Below are positions 53,093 to 61,396 of a stretch of 64,000 nucleotides of DNA, piece after piece. The position numbers and the translations under genes are program-made. Numbering within the stretch: the stretch's first letter is position 1; each line of letters opens with the position of its first letter. Location of the stretch: the NCBI GenBank assembly GCA_020073005.1, contig JAIQFX010000037.1, forward strand, positions 18-64,017, read 5' to 3'. Origin of the DNA: Terriglobia bacterium (GTDB lineage: Bacteria; Acidobacteriota; Vicinamibacteria; Vicinamibacterales; CAVVIG01). Below the pieces are notes generated by a model. The model did no database searches, was not told where the DNA came from, and worked only from the letters and a program-made list of their open reading frames with translations.

Positions 53093-54751
53093 GTGACCCG
53101 CAAGCCCGTCGAAGATCTCAAGCGCGACCGGCCCGGCGCCGTGACGGGCGAACTGGACGATCTGCGCCATGCGCTGACGTCACGCCTCTCGGCGCTCGAA
53201 TCCGCGCTCGCCGATCCCGGTCAGACCGGCTCGCTCGAGCGACTGATGATCGAGCTGGCGCGCGTCGCGACGGCCGAGGCCGAAGCGTCCGCCGCGCGCG
53301 CCTGGGCGGAGGCGGCCGCGAAAGTGCGCGAACAGGCCGTGACGCTCCGCGAGGCCGAAGAGGCGCTGGACGCGGAGCGCGCGGCAACGGCCACGCTGCA
53401 GCGCGACCTCGGCCGGCTCCGGACGGCGTACGAAGCGGAGTGCGGAGCGGTCGCGCAGCTGCGGCGCGATCTGGCGGCCGCGCATGCGGCGACCAAGGGC
53501 GAGCGCGACTCGGCCGCGCAGGCCGCCGCGACGATCGCCCGGCTGCAGCAGGACCTCGACAACGTCCAGCGCGCGGCGACGTCGAGAATCGCCGAGCTCG
53601 AGGAAGCCTCGGACCGGTTCACAGCGGAATCCCTCGGGCACGTCTCGGAAGTGGACGCGCTCAAAGCGGAGCTGGAGACGAGCCGTGAAGCCGGCGCCGC
53701 CCTCGAAGCGGACGCGCGCGCGCGCTACCAGGCGCGGCTCGAGAGCGACCGCGCGCAATTCGACGAGCGCTTCGAGAGCGCCCGCGCGCAGTTCGAGGAG
53801 CGGTTCGAGGACGCCCGCGCGCAATTCGAGGAGCGTCTCGCGGACGCGCGCGGCCCGTTGGACCGGCGCATCCACGATCTGGAGCTCGAGCTCGCCACCG
53901 TGCAGAACGCGGCGGCGGCGCGGATTGCGGAGGTCGAGAAAAGCGCGGACCGCTTCCAGCACGACGCCGGCCGCCTGCAGGGCGACGTCGATCGGTTCAA
54001 GAGCGATGCGGATCGTCTTCGGGAGGACGCGGACCGCCTGACGATGGAACTGGAGGCGACGCGCGCCGCCGCCGGCGCGGCGGAGGCGGAAGCGCTGGCG
54101 CGCTACGAGCACGCGCGCGAGCAGGCGGACCGGCGCATCCTCGATCTCGAGCTCGAAATCGACGAGCGCGATCGCGAAGTGAAAAAGCGTAACGATCGGA
54201 TCGCCGAGCTCGAGCGCGCGCTTGCCGCCGTGCCGCCGCCGGTCGCGGCCGTGGACGAGCCCGTCATCGAACCCGTCTTCGAGCCCGCGATCGAATCCGC
54301 GTGCGAACCCGCGGCCGAACCCACGTTCGAGCCCGCGTTCGAGCCCGCGTTCGAGCCCGCGTTCGAGCCCGCGTTCGAACACGCGTTCGCGGCCGCGCCC
54401 GCAGCGGCGAACGAACCGCAGATCGACTATCAGCCGGCGCGCCGGGCGAAGCGGGTCGCCTTCGAAGACGTCGAAGTGCTGATCGACGAAGACGCGGCCG
54501 TGCTCGTGGATCTGTCGACGTACGGCGCGCAGGTGCTCTCACCGCGCGCGCTGCGACCCAATCGCGTGCTGACGGTTCAGCTCGCCGGCGGCGAAAGGCC
54601 CGTGTCCTGCGCCAGCGCCGTCGTGTGGGCGAGACTCGAGCCCTCGAACGGATCGCTGATGTACCGCGCGGGCATGGCGTTTCTCGAAGTGGACGAGGCG
54701 GCGGTCGAGGAATTCCTGACGAGATACGAGAGCGGGACGGTCAGAAACTGA
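53093..54751 (+). CDS. coiled-coil protein with a C-terminal PilZ domain
   Basis: 552 aa with a GTG start. Long heptad-like E/A/R/L-rich regions carry internal repeats. The C-terminal RRAKRVAFEDVEVLIDEDAAVLVDLSTYGAQVLSP...VVWARLE...YRAGMAF matches the PilZ RxxxR ... D/NxSxxG pattern. Confidence 0.7.
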   Translation: MTRKPVEDLKRDRPGAVTGELDDLRHALTSRLSALESALADPGQTGSLERLMIELARVATAEAEASAARAWAEAAAKVREQAVTLREAEEALDAERAATATLQRDLGRLRTAYEAECGAVAQLRRDLAAAHAATKGERDSAAQAAATIARLQQDLDNVQRAATSRIAELEEASDRFTAESLGHVSEVDALKAELETSREAGAALEADARARYQARLESDRAQFDERFESARAQFEERFEDARAQFEERLADARGPLDRRIHDLELELATVQNAAAARIAEVEKSADRFQHDAGRLQGDVDRFKSDADRLREDADRLTMELEATRAAAGAAEAEALARYEHAREQADRRILDLELEIDERDREVKKRNDRIAELERALAAVPPPVAAVDEPVIEPVFEPAIESACEPAAEPTFEPAFEPAFEPAFEPAFEHAFAAAPAAANEPQIDYQPARRAKRVAFEDVEVLIDEDAAVLVDLSTYGAQVLSPRALRPNRVLTVQLAGGERPVSCASAVVWARLEPSNGSLMYRAGMAFLEVDEAAVEEFLTRYESGTVRN

Positions 54752-54759
54752 AAACTGAA

Positions 54760-54820
54760 AACTGAAAAGAGAAAAGTGAAGAGTCTTCAGTCTCCACTTC
54801 CAACTTTTCTCTTTTCAGTT
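54760..54820. terminator. AT-rich 18-bp perfect inverted repeat between convergent stop codons (likely bidirectional terminator)
   Basis: aactgaaaagagaaaagt (54760-54777) pairs with acttttctcttttcagtt (54803-54820) across a 25-nt loop. It is flanked by the stops at 54749-54751 (+) and 54821-54823 (-), and the arms are built from GAAAACT-like heptamers. Confidence 0.6.
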
Positions 54821-55309
54821 CTAACTTTTGGAATATACCAACACTCTCGTCGTCGATTGGCCGCCCGACTCGAGATCGCGGATGATCGTCAGCGTCGTTC
54901 CGCTGAGCGACAGCTGATCGCGGCCCCAGTTCATTCCCTGCTTGTAGTGCAGGTGCAGCTTCCCGCCCTCCCAGTGCGCGCGGCTCTTGAACGCCATCAC
55001 GTCGCCCGGCGGCAGCTCCGTCGTCTTGTCGTCGAGCGTGTAGACGATCTTCTTGCCGCCGATCTCGACGGTCACCGATGACGCCGACTGCGCGATCGTG
55101 ATCGTGTCCGGCGCCTGCGCGAGCATCGTGTCGGCGTAGGGGCCGCTGATGCCGCCGCCGCCGGCGCCACGCCCGCGTCCGGCCGGCGCCGGCGGGTCGA
55201 CGGACGCGATCTTCCACGTGCCGGAGAAGTTCGCCGTGCCCTGCGCCGGCGTCACGGCGGGCCACGCGACGACGAGCGCGAGCAGGAGCAGCAGGCTGGA
55301 TTTCGTCAT
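54821..55309 (-). CDS. small secreted protein of unknown function (beta-rich, lipocalin-like by feel)
   Basis: 162 aa, with the start at the ATG at 55309 (MTKSSLLLLLALVVAWPAVTPAQG signal). The track ORF 54821..56104 upstream extension is spurious. It contains a GRGRGAGGGG insert. Confidence 0.6.
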   Translation of the reverse strand: MTKSSLLLLLALVVAWPAVTPAQGTANFSGTWKIASVDPPAPAGRGRGAGGGGISGPYADTMLAQAPDTITIAQSASSVTVEIGGKKIVYTLDDKTTELPPGDVMAFKSRAHWEGGKLHLHYKQGMNWGRDQLSLSGTTLTIIRDLESGGQSTTRVLVYSKS

Positions 55310-55338
55310 GATATCGCTCCCGTCAGTCCTGTCAGCGT

Positions 55339-56463
55339 TCACTGCGCCGCCGTCGACGTGGTCCTCGGCATCAGCGGCTGCGGCCGGTAGACGTGCGCCG
55401 GATCCGCGCCGGCGCGCGGCTTGAATTTCTGCGCGCGTCCGCCGAAGACTTCCGCGGTGTAGAGATTGCCGTCGGTGTCGGCCGAGAATTCGTGGACGGC
55501 CCAGAAGAGCCCGGGCGTCGTGCCGTGCGTGCCCCACGCGTACAGCAGATGGCCCTGCAGATCGTACTTGAGGAACTTGTCGAGCGGGCCCGAGAACACC
55601 CAGAGGAATCCGTCGTCGCTGACGCGGATGTGGTACGGCTGCTGGATGTTCGGGAACTGGTCGAGGTACTTGCCGTTCTCGTCGAACACCTGGATGCGGT
55701 TGTTCGCGCGATCCGCGACGTAGACGCGGCGGTTCTTGTCGATCGTAATCGAGTGCGGCGTCTGCAGCTGGCCGTTGCCGGTGCCGCGCGTGCCCCACAT
55801 CATCAGGAACTTGCCGTTCTTGTCGAACTTGGCGACGCGCGTGTTGCCGTAGCCGTCGCTGATGAAGAAGGTCCCGTCGGGCAGCCAGGCGATGTCGGTC
55901 GGGCGCTTGAAGTGCGTGCCGTCGTTGCCCGCCTCGTCGCGCGTGCCGAGCGTCATCAGCAGCTTCTTGCCGTCGTTGCTGAACTTCCAGATCTGGTGAT
56001 GGATGTCGTCGATCACCCAGACGTTGTGCTCGGGATCGTACGGGCTCATCGTCACCGAGTGCGGACCGCGGCCGTCGGCGAACAGATGATCCCACTGCGT
56101 CCACGACTCGACGGCCTTGCCGTTGCCGTCGACGACGACCAGGCAGTTGCGGAACTCCGGCGTCGGCGTCGTCGCCTGCTCGCCGAACGAGCCCCAGAAA
56201 CCGGTGAAGCCGAACGGCAGCTCCTTCGGCAGCTTCAGCTCGCCGCGATTGGCGATGAAGATGCGGTTGGACGACTCGGCGAACACGCCGCCGGTCGAAC
56301 CCCAGATGTAGCCGGGCTTCGCGTAGGCGAGCGGCTGCGGCCAGTTCGCGACGACGTCGTACGGGCCCGTGCGATCGTCGCCGCCCTTCTCCTGCAGCAG
56401 GGCAGGCGCCGACAAGGAACCGACGACGGCGACAGCGGCGAGCGAGAGAAGGAGTGTCTTCAT
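55339..56463 (-). CDS. secreted NHL-repeat six-bladed beta-propeller protein (peptidyl-alpha-hydroxyglycine lyase-like)
   Basis: 374 aa with signal MKTLLLSLAAVAVVGSLSAPA. PHSVTMSPYDPEHNVWVIDDIHHQIWKFSNDGK, FKRPTDIAWLPDGTFFISDGYGNTRVAKFDKNGK, LQTPHSITIDKNRRVYVADRANNRIQVFDENGK. Confidence 0.8.
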   Translation of the reverse strand: MKTLLLSLAAVAVVGSLSAPALLQEKGGDDRTGPYDVVANWPQPLAYAKPGYIWGSTGGVFAESSNRIFIANRGELKLPKELPFGFTGFWGSFGEQATTPTPEFRNCLVVVDGNGKAVESWTQWDHLFADGRGPHSVTMSPYDPEHNVWVIDDIHHQIWKFSNDGKKLLMTLGTRDEAGNDGTHFKRPTDIAWLPDGTFFISDGYGNTRVAKFDKNGKFLMMWGTRGTGNGQLQTPHSITIDKNRRVYVADRANNRIQVFDENGKYLDQFPNIQQPYHIRVSDDGFLWVFSGPLDKFLKYDLQGHLLYAWGTHGTTPGLFWAVHEFSADTDGNLYTAEVFGGRAQKFKPRAGADPAHVYRPQPLMPRTTSTAAQ

Positions 56464-56474
56464 GGCGGTCGCCA

Positions 56475-59400
56475 TTATACGGCTTTCCCGCCAGCCTTCT
56501 GGCGCATGTCCGAAACGAGCTTCAGCAGCGTGGTGGCGGCGGTGATGCTGCCGCCGATGTACGCCAGCGACGAGTCGAAGAATTCCTGCTGCGCGTAGAA
56601 CAGCCACACGGCGCCCAGCAGGCCGGCGATGCCGAGCGACAGTTTCAGCGCGCGCCAGGTGCTCTGGCGCTCCTGCGTCTCCCACTCCGCGACCTCGTTC
56701 GGATAGGTCGACGCGCTCACGAAGCGGCGGAACGTCTCGTTCATGACGCGGAAGCCGCGCGGCGACGTGATCAGACCGCGGCGATCGAGCTCCATGATGG
56801 CGTCCTTGTTCTTCGGATTCACCCAGCCGTCGGCGGCGAGCTGAAACAGCGCCAGCCGCTCCTGCTTGGAGCACGTCGTCCAGAGCGCGCGGTAGTACGC
56901 GCTCGCGCGGTCCGCGACGAGGCCGAGCATCATGTCCTCGTTCAGGCCCGCGTTGCCCTCCTGCTGGATCAGGAGCCGGCGTCCCAGGTGACGCAGATGC
57001 GGCGTCCGATCGCATTCACGGCAGGCGCACTCGAGCGCGCGCGCGTGCGCGGGCTCGCGCCAGAACGGCCGGCCGCGCAGCCGCTCGACGAACGCGGCGA
57101 ACGGCGCCACCGATCGATCTTCGACGAGCACCGTCTCGAAGCGCGAGAGGACCTCCGACCAGCGATCGAGCAGCAGCATCGCCTCCGCGGCCGGCGTGCC
57201 TTCGGCGACCATCGTCTGCGGGAACCCGGACGCCAGGTAGTAGACGGGATCCACGGCGCTCAGCAGGTAGACGGTCTTCTTCGACGTGAGCATCAGCGTT
57301 TCCACGAGCCGCAGCTTCTCGGCGTTGGCCGCGGGCTGATCGATGTCGTGATCGAAGTGATCGAGCGCGACGATGTCGCTGAGGCCGTCCGGCAGCGTCC
57401 ACGGCGAGCCTTCGAGCGCGAGCACGCGCAGGTCGATCACGGTCACCCGCGATCCGAACGCGCCGACGTAGTGGCGCTTGCCGCTGCGCGGCGGACCGAG
57501 GACGATCGTGTGGCGATCGGCGAGCTGGCCGCGCGCGCGCGTCTCGAGCGGCGGCGCGCTCCGGTAGGTCGCGAAGAAGAGCTGCCGCGTGATCACGTAC
57601 AGCCAGACGCCGAGGCCCAGCCAGATCGCCGTGATGCCGAGGCCGCCGCGGCGGCCGACGCCCGCCCAGCGCGGGAACGCCGAGCGGATCGTTTCGGCCC
57701 GCGTCCGCGGCAGCGCCGCCTGCATCACGATCTGCCCGCCCTTCGGCAGCCGGACGCCGGTCCGCGTCCATTGGATCGACGCGGCCGGATTGTTGTCGGA
57801 AATCCGCGACAGCGCGCCGAGCTCGGCGCCGGCGTCGGTGCGCGCGAGCTTCTCGATCGTGTAGCCGATGAAGCGATCGAGCACGAACCGCACCTGCTCC
57901 GACGTCAACGGGCAGCCGGGAATCGGCAGGCACGGCGACGACGCGTCCGCCTGCAGCGGCGGATCGCCGGTCTGCACCAGCGCGTCGTCGTACCGGTCCA
58001 GCCGCAGGTCGATGCGTTCCGGCCCGAGCGCGGGCGCGCCGAGCCGCGTGTACAACTGCTCGACGCGTTCTTCGCGGGCCGCGAGCGCCACCGCGACCGA
58101 CAGCTGCTCGCGCATCAGCGCCAGGCGCTCGACCGATTCCACCGTTCCCTTGAACACCGTCGCCATCGGCAGCGCGATCACGATCAGCAGCAGCGACGCG
58201 GCGCCGAAAGGATAGACGCGCGATCCGGGCCACCGCCGCACGGGCGCCTGCGCGCGCGGCGCCCACGCGCACAGCATCGCCAGGACGAAGTACGCCGCGA
58301 CGCCGTAGAACGCGGCGGAGTGGCGGACGAGATAGCCAAAGACGACGACCGCGACGATCTCGAGCGCGAGCGCGACGCGCGGCAGGCGTTCGACGGTGGC
58401 GAAGTACGCCAGCGCGAGGCCGATCGCGGTCAGGCAGATCGCGCTGTCGGTCAGCAGGCTGCGATCGGCGAACCCGACGAACGCCGCCATCAGCAGCATC
58501 AGGTTGAACACGCCGCTGCGCCCGTAGATCAGCGCGGCGTCGTGGCGCGGCCACGCCCACGCCAGCGGGTACTGCAGCTGCTTCGCGAAGGGCAGCACGA
58601 TCAGCGCGACGATGCCGAGCGGCAGGCCGAACATCCACAGCGGCGACATCACCATCGCCACGTTGACCGCCTCGTCGTCGCGCGTGTCGTGGAACGTCAG
58701 CAGCGACCAGCCCGCGCCGTCGATCGCGCGCAGCGGCGCGACGCGGACGATCTCCGGGCGTCCCATGTAGGTCGTGCGCACGATGCCCGCGCCGTGCTGG
58801 CGCAACAGCGCGGCCAGCGCGCGATCCGACTGCGTTTCGCGCGTGAAGTCCTCGACGAGGTTGTGCGCCGGGTTCGAATGAAACTTGACGAGACCGTCGC
58901 CGTCGACGATGGCGAAGCCGTAGCCGCGCGGCAGCACCGACTGCCAGATCGATTCGAGGCGGACCGCCATCACCTTGACCACGGGCGCCTTGCTCGCGGA
59001 CACGGGCGTCGTCCCGGCCGGCGGCAGCTCGGCGGGCATCGCGAGAATCGTCAGGAACTCATCCGTGCTCGGCGAGCGCAGCGGCTCCAGCCAGTAGCGA
59101 TGCCTCCCCGGCGATCCGTCGCGCGGCGTCGAAAAGAGGTTCTCCGCCGACGCGGAATCGTGCGCTTCCTTCGCGCGCTTGAAGTACTCGGCGGCCGCCA
59201 CGGATCGCAGCGGCGTGCCCTGCGGGTCGGCGGTCAGCTTCAGCGTCTGCGCGCCCGCGCCGTTCACCCAGAACATGTAGCTGAAATAGGGATAGTCGCT
59301 GACGGGCGGCGCGAAAAAGCGCGATGCGTAGATCTTCGTCGCCTGGAAGGCGATCGGGTAGTCCGCGGCGCGCGAGCGTTCGAGCACCGACAGCGCGAGG

Positions 59401-60524
59401 TTCAGCTCCTTTCGCAGATTGGTCTCAATCGCGTTCGCGAACCGCTCGAGCTTCGTGTCTTCGCGCTCCGGCGCGCGCCACTCGTAGGCGCCCCACAGCA
59501 CGATGGCCGTGGCGAACGCCGCGCCCCACAGCACGGTGACGATGAGCGTGACCGCCTGCTTGTGCTGCAGGCGCTCGGCCTCGCTCATGTACCAGATCTT
59601 CAGGATCGGCCACGTGAACGTGAAGATCGCGGCGAGGAGGAGCGTCACCCACACGACGACGCCGTGCGGCACGCTGAGGGCCTGCATCTCCAGCCGCTCG
59701 ACGTCGCGGATGCCGGCGACGACGAGCCGCTCGTTGTTGTCCAGTTTCAGCGCCAGCGGCTGGACGTACAGGCGGTACTTCGCGTCGCCGATCTGGATCG
59801 CGCGCTGATCGCTCGCGTCGAACGAGAGATCCTGGACCTTCGGCGCGTCCGCCTTGTCGCCCGATTTCGGCGGCGCGATGGCGTTCGCGATCCACGGCTT
59901 CAGCTCCGTGGCGCGCAGCGGCGACGGCGAATGCTGATACAGCACGTGGCCGGTCGCGTCGGCGATGAAGAGATCGTTGAAGAGCCCTTCCGACAGCGCG
60001 CTGATGAGCGGAGCGACGACCGGCGCGAGATTGACGTCGAGGCAGCTGTAGTACTCGGCGCTGTTGGCGTCGCACCGCAGCGGCGCGTTCGGCTTCGGCT
60101 CGACGTACTCCGCGTGAATCCAGAATCCGCGACGGTTCGGCATCAACGACATGCGGAACGGCGCTTTCGCCGTCGTCTCGTCCGAGACGGCCTCGAGACG
60201 GCGGCGCATCGCCACCGGCACGTCGTTGGCGATGTCGCCCGGGGACAGGCCGAGCACGTTCTGCACGTAGAGGGCGGGCCGTTCGGGCGCGGCGCCCGGA
60301 TCGATCGTGTACGTGGACGAGGCGAGGATGTTCTTGAGGCCGCCGAGCGCGGTCACGATGCGCACGCCGATGACGTCGAGGACGCGGAACGCGCGATCGT
60401 TGTAGTACGCCTGCTGGCGCGTCACCCAGCCCATGTCGTACAGCGCGAACAGCGCGACGACGGCGACCGAGGTCAGCGCCGGGAGGAACAGCTTGTTCGA
60501 CGAGAGCGCGCGCTTGATCGGCAT
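56475..60524 (-). CDS. 1349-aa polytopic membrane protein with two large non-membrane loops and a cytoplasmic P-loop NTPase module
   Basis: The start is placed at the ATG at 60524 (MPIKRALSSNKLFLPALTSVAVVALFALY), because the track ORF's upstream 149 aa overlap the divergent DUF4097 gene region. There are multiple TM clusters, a Walker A (IVLGPPRSGKRH), a Walker-B-like SDIVALDHFDHD, and a C-terminal TM (LSLGIAGLLGAVWLFY). No family is assigned. Confidence 0.65.
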   Translation of the reverse strand: MPIKRALSSNKLFLPALTSVAVVALFALYDMGWVTRQQAYYNDRAFRVLDVIGVRIVTALGGLKNILASSTYTIDPGAAPERPALYVQNVLGLSPGDIANDVPVAMRRRLEAVSDETTAKAPFRMSLMPNRRGFWIHAEYVEPKPNAPLRCDANSAEYYSCLDVNLAPVVAPLISALSEGLFNDLFIADATGHVLYQHSPSPLRATELKPWIANAIAPPKSGDKADAPKVQDLSFDASDQRAIQIGDAKYRLYVQPLALKLDNNERLVVAGIRDVERLEMQALSVPHGVVVWVTLLLAAIFTFTWPILKIWYMSEAERLQHKQAVTLIVTVLWGAAFATAIVLWGAYEWRAPEREDTKLERFANAIETNLRKELNLALSVLERSRAADYPIAFQATKIYASRFFAPPVSDYPYFSYMFWVNGAGAQTLKLTADPQGTPLRSVAAAEYFKRAKEAHDSASAENLFSTPRDGSPGRHRYWLEPLRSPSTDEFLTILAMPAELPPAGTTPVSASKAPVVKVMAVRLESIWQSVLPRGYGFAIVDGDGLVKFHSNPAHNLVEDFTRETQSDRALAALLRQHGAGIVRTTYMGRPEIVRVAPLRAIDGAGWSLLTFHDTRDDEAVNVAMVMSPLWMFGLPLGIVALIVLPFAKQLQYPLAWAWPRHDAALIYGRSGVFNLMLLMAAFVGFADRSLLTDSAICLTAIGLALAYFATVERLPRVALALEIVAVVVFGYLVRHSAAFYGVAAYFVLAMLCAWAPRAQAPVRRWPGSRVYPFGAASLLLIVIALPMATVFKGTVESVERLALMREQLSVAVALAAREERVEQLYTRLGAPALGPERIDLRLDRYDDALVQTGDPPLQADASSPCLPIPGCPLTSEQVRFVLDRFIGYTIEKLARTDAGAELGALSRISDNNPAASIQWTRTGVRLPKGGQIVMQAALPRTRAETIRSAFPRWAGVGRRGGLGITAIWLGLGVWLYVITRQLFFATYRSAPPLETRARGQLADRHTIVLGPPRSGKRHYVGAFGSRVTVIDLRVLALEGSPWTLPDGLSDIVALDHFDHDIDQPAANAEKLRLVETLMLTSKKTVYLLSAVDPVYYLASGFPQTMVAEGTPAAEAMLLLDRWSEVLSRFETVLVEDRSVAPFAAFVERLRGRPFWREPAHARALECACRECDRTPHLRHLGRRLLIQQEGNAGLNEDMMLGLVADRASAYYRALWTTCSKQERLALFQLAADGWVNPKNKDAIMELDRRGLITSPRGFRVMNETFRRFVSASTYPNEVAEWETQERQSTWRALKLSLGIAGLLGAVWLFYAQQEFFDSSLAYIGGSITAATTLLKLVSDMRQKAGGKAV

Positions 60525-60596
60525 AGTGGCTCGGCGGCTCGAATCAACGATCCGGCGCCTGGTGCCGTCTAAGGCCCCGAGGACACTGGAGGTTCC

Positions 60597-61385
60597 ATGC
60601 GTACCTTTATTAAAGGCGTCTTGCTCGGGAGTCTGGCCCTGCTCGGTCTGGCGCCGCAGGCGGCCGCCCAGAACGACTTTCACTGGAGTGGACAACTCTC
60701 GCCCGGGCAGACCATTGAAATCAAGGGAATCAACGGCAATGTGCACGCGATTTCGAGCGGGAGCGGGATCGCCGAAGTGACGGCGACGAAAACCGCTCGC
60801 CGCAGCGACCCGAACGAAATTCGGATCGAGGCCGTGCCCCATGCCAGCGGCGTGACGATTTGCGCGGTGTACCCGAGCGAGACCGGCCGATCGCTGAACA
60901 CGTGCGAGCCCGGTTCCGGCGGCACCCAGTCCACGCGCAATAACGATACTGTCGTCAACTTCACGATCCACGTGCCCCAGGGCGTCGCCTTCGCCGGCCG
61001 CACGGTGAACGGCGACGTCGAGGGCGAGTCGCTGACGGGCAACGCGGACGCGAAGACGGTCAACGGATCGGTGAAGCTGTCGACGACGGGCACGGCGACG
61101 GCCAACACGGTCAACGGATCGATCACGGCGACGATGGGCCGCGCGGATTGGGCGCAGGGCGCGTCGTTCAAGACGGTGAACGGCGGCATCACGCTCAGTT
61201 TCGGCGGCGACCTGAACGCGAACGTCAAGGCCGAGACGCTCAACGGCAGCATCGAGTCGGACTTTCCGATGACGGTGACCGGCGTGTTCTCGCCGCGCCG
61301 GCTGCAGGGCACGATCGGCGCCGGCGGCCAGCCGCTGAATCTGTCGACGGTGAATGGCAGCATCAGGCTGCTCAAAACGCAGTAA
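60597..61385 (+). CDS. DUF4097-family (putative adhesin, beta-helix) secreted protein
   Basis: 262 aa with signal MRTFIKGVLLGSLALLGLAPQAAAQ. Units of the type V/INGxV/I recur (INGNVHA, VNGDVEG, VNGSVKL, VNGSITA, VNGGITL, LNGSIES, VNGSIRL). Confidence 0.75.
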   Translation: MRTFIKGVLLGSLALLGLAPQAAAQNDFHWSGQLSPGQTIEIKGINGNVHAISSGSGIAEVTATKTARRSDPNEIRIEAVPHASGVTICAVYPSETGRSLNTCEPGSGGTQSTRNNDTVVNFTIHVPQGVAFAGRTVNGDVEGESLTGNADAKTVNGSVKLSTTGTATANTVNGSITATMGRADWAQGASFKTVNGGITLSFGGDLNANVKAETLNGSIESDFPMTVTGVFSPRRLQGTIGAGGQPLNLSTVNGSIRLLKTQ

Positions 61386-61396
61386 TCTTCTGCGGC

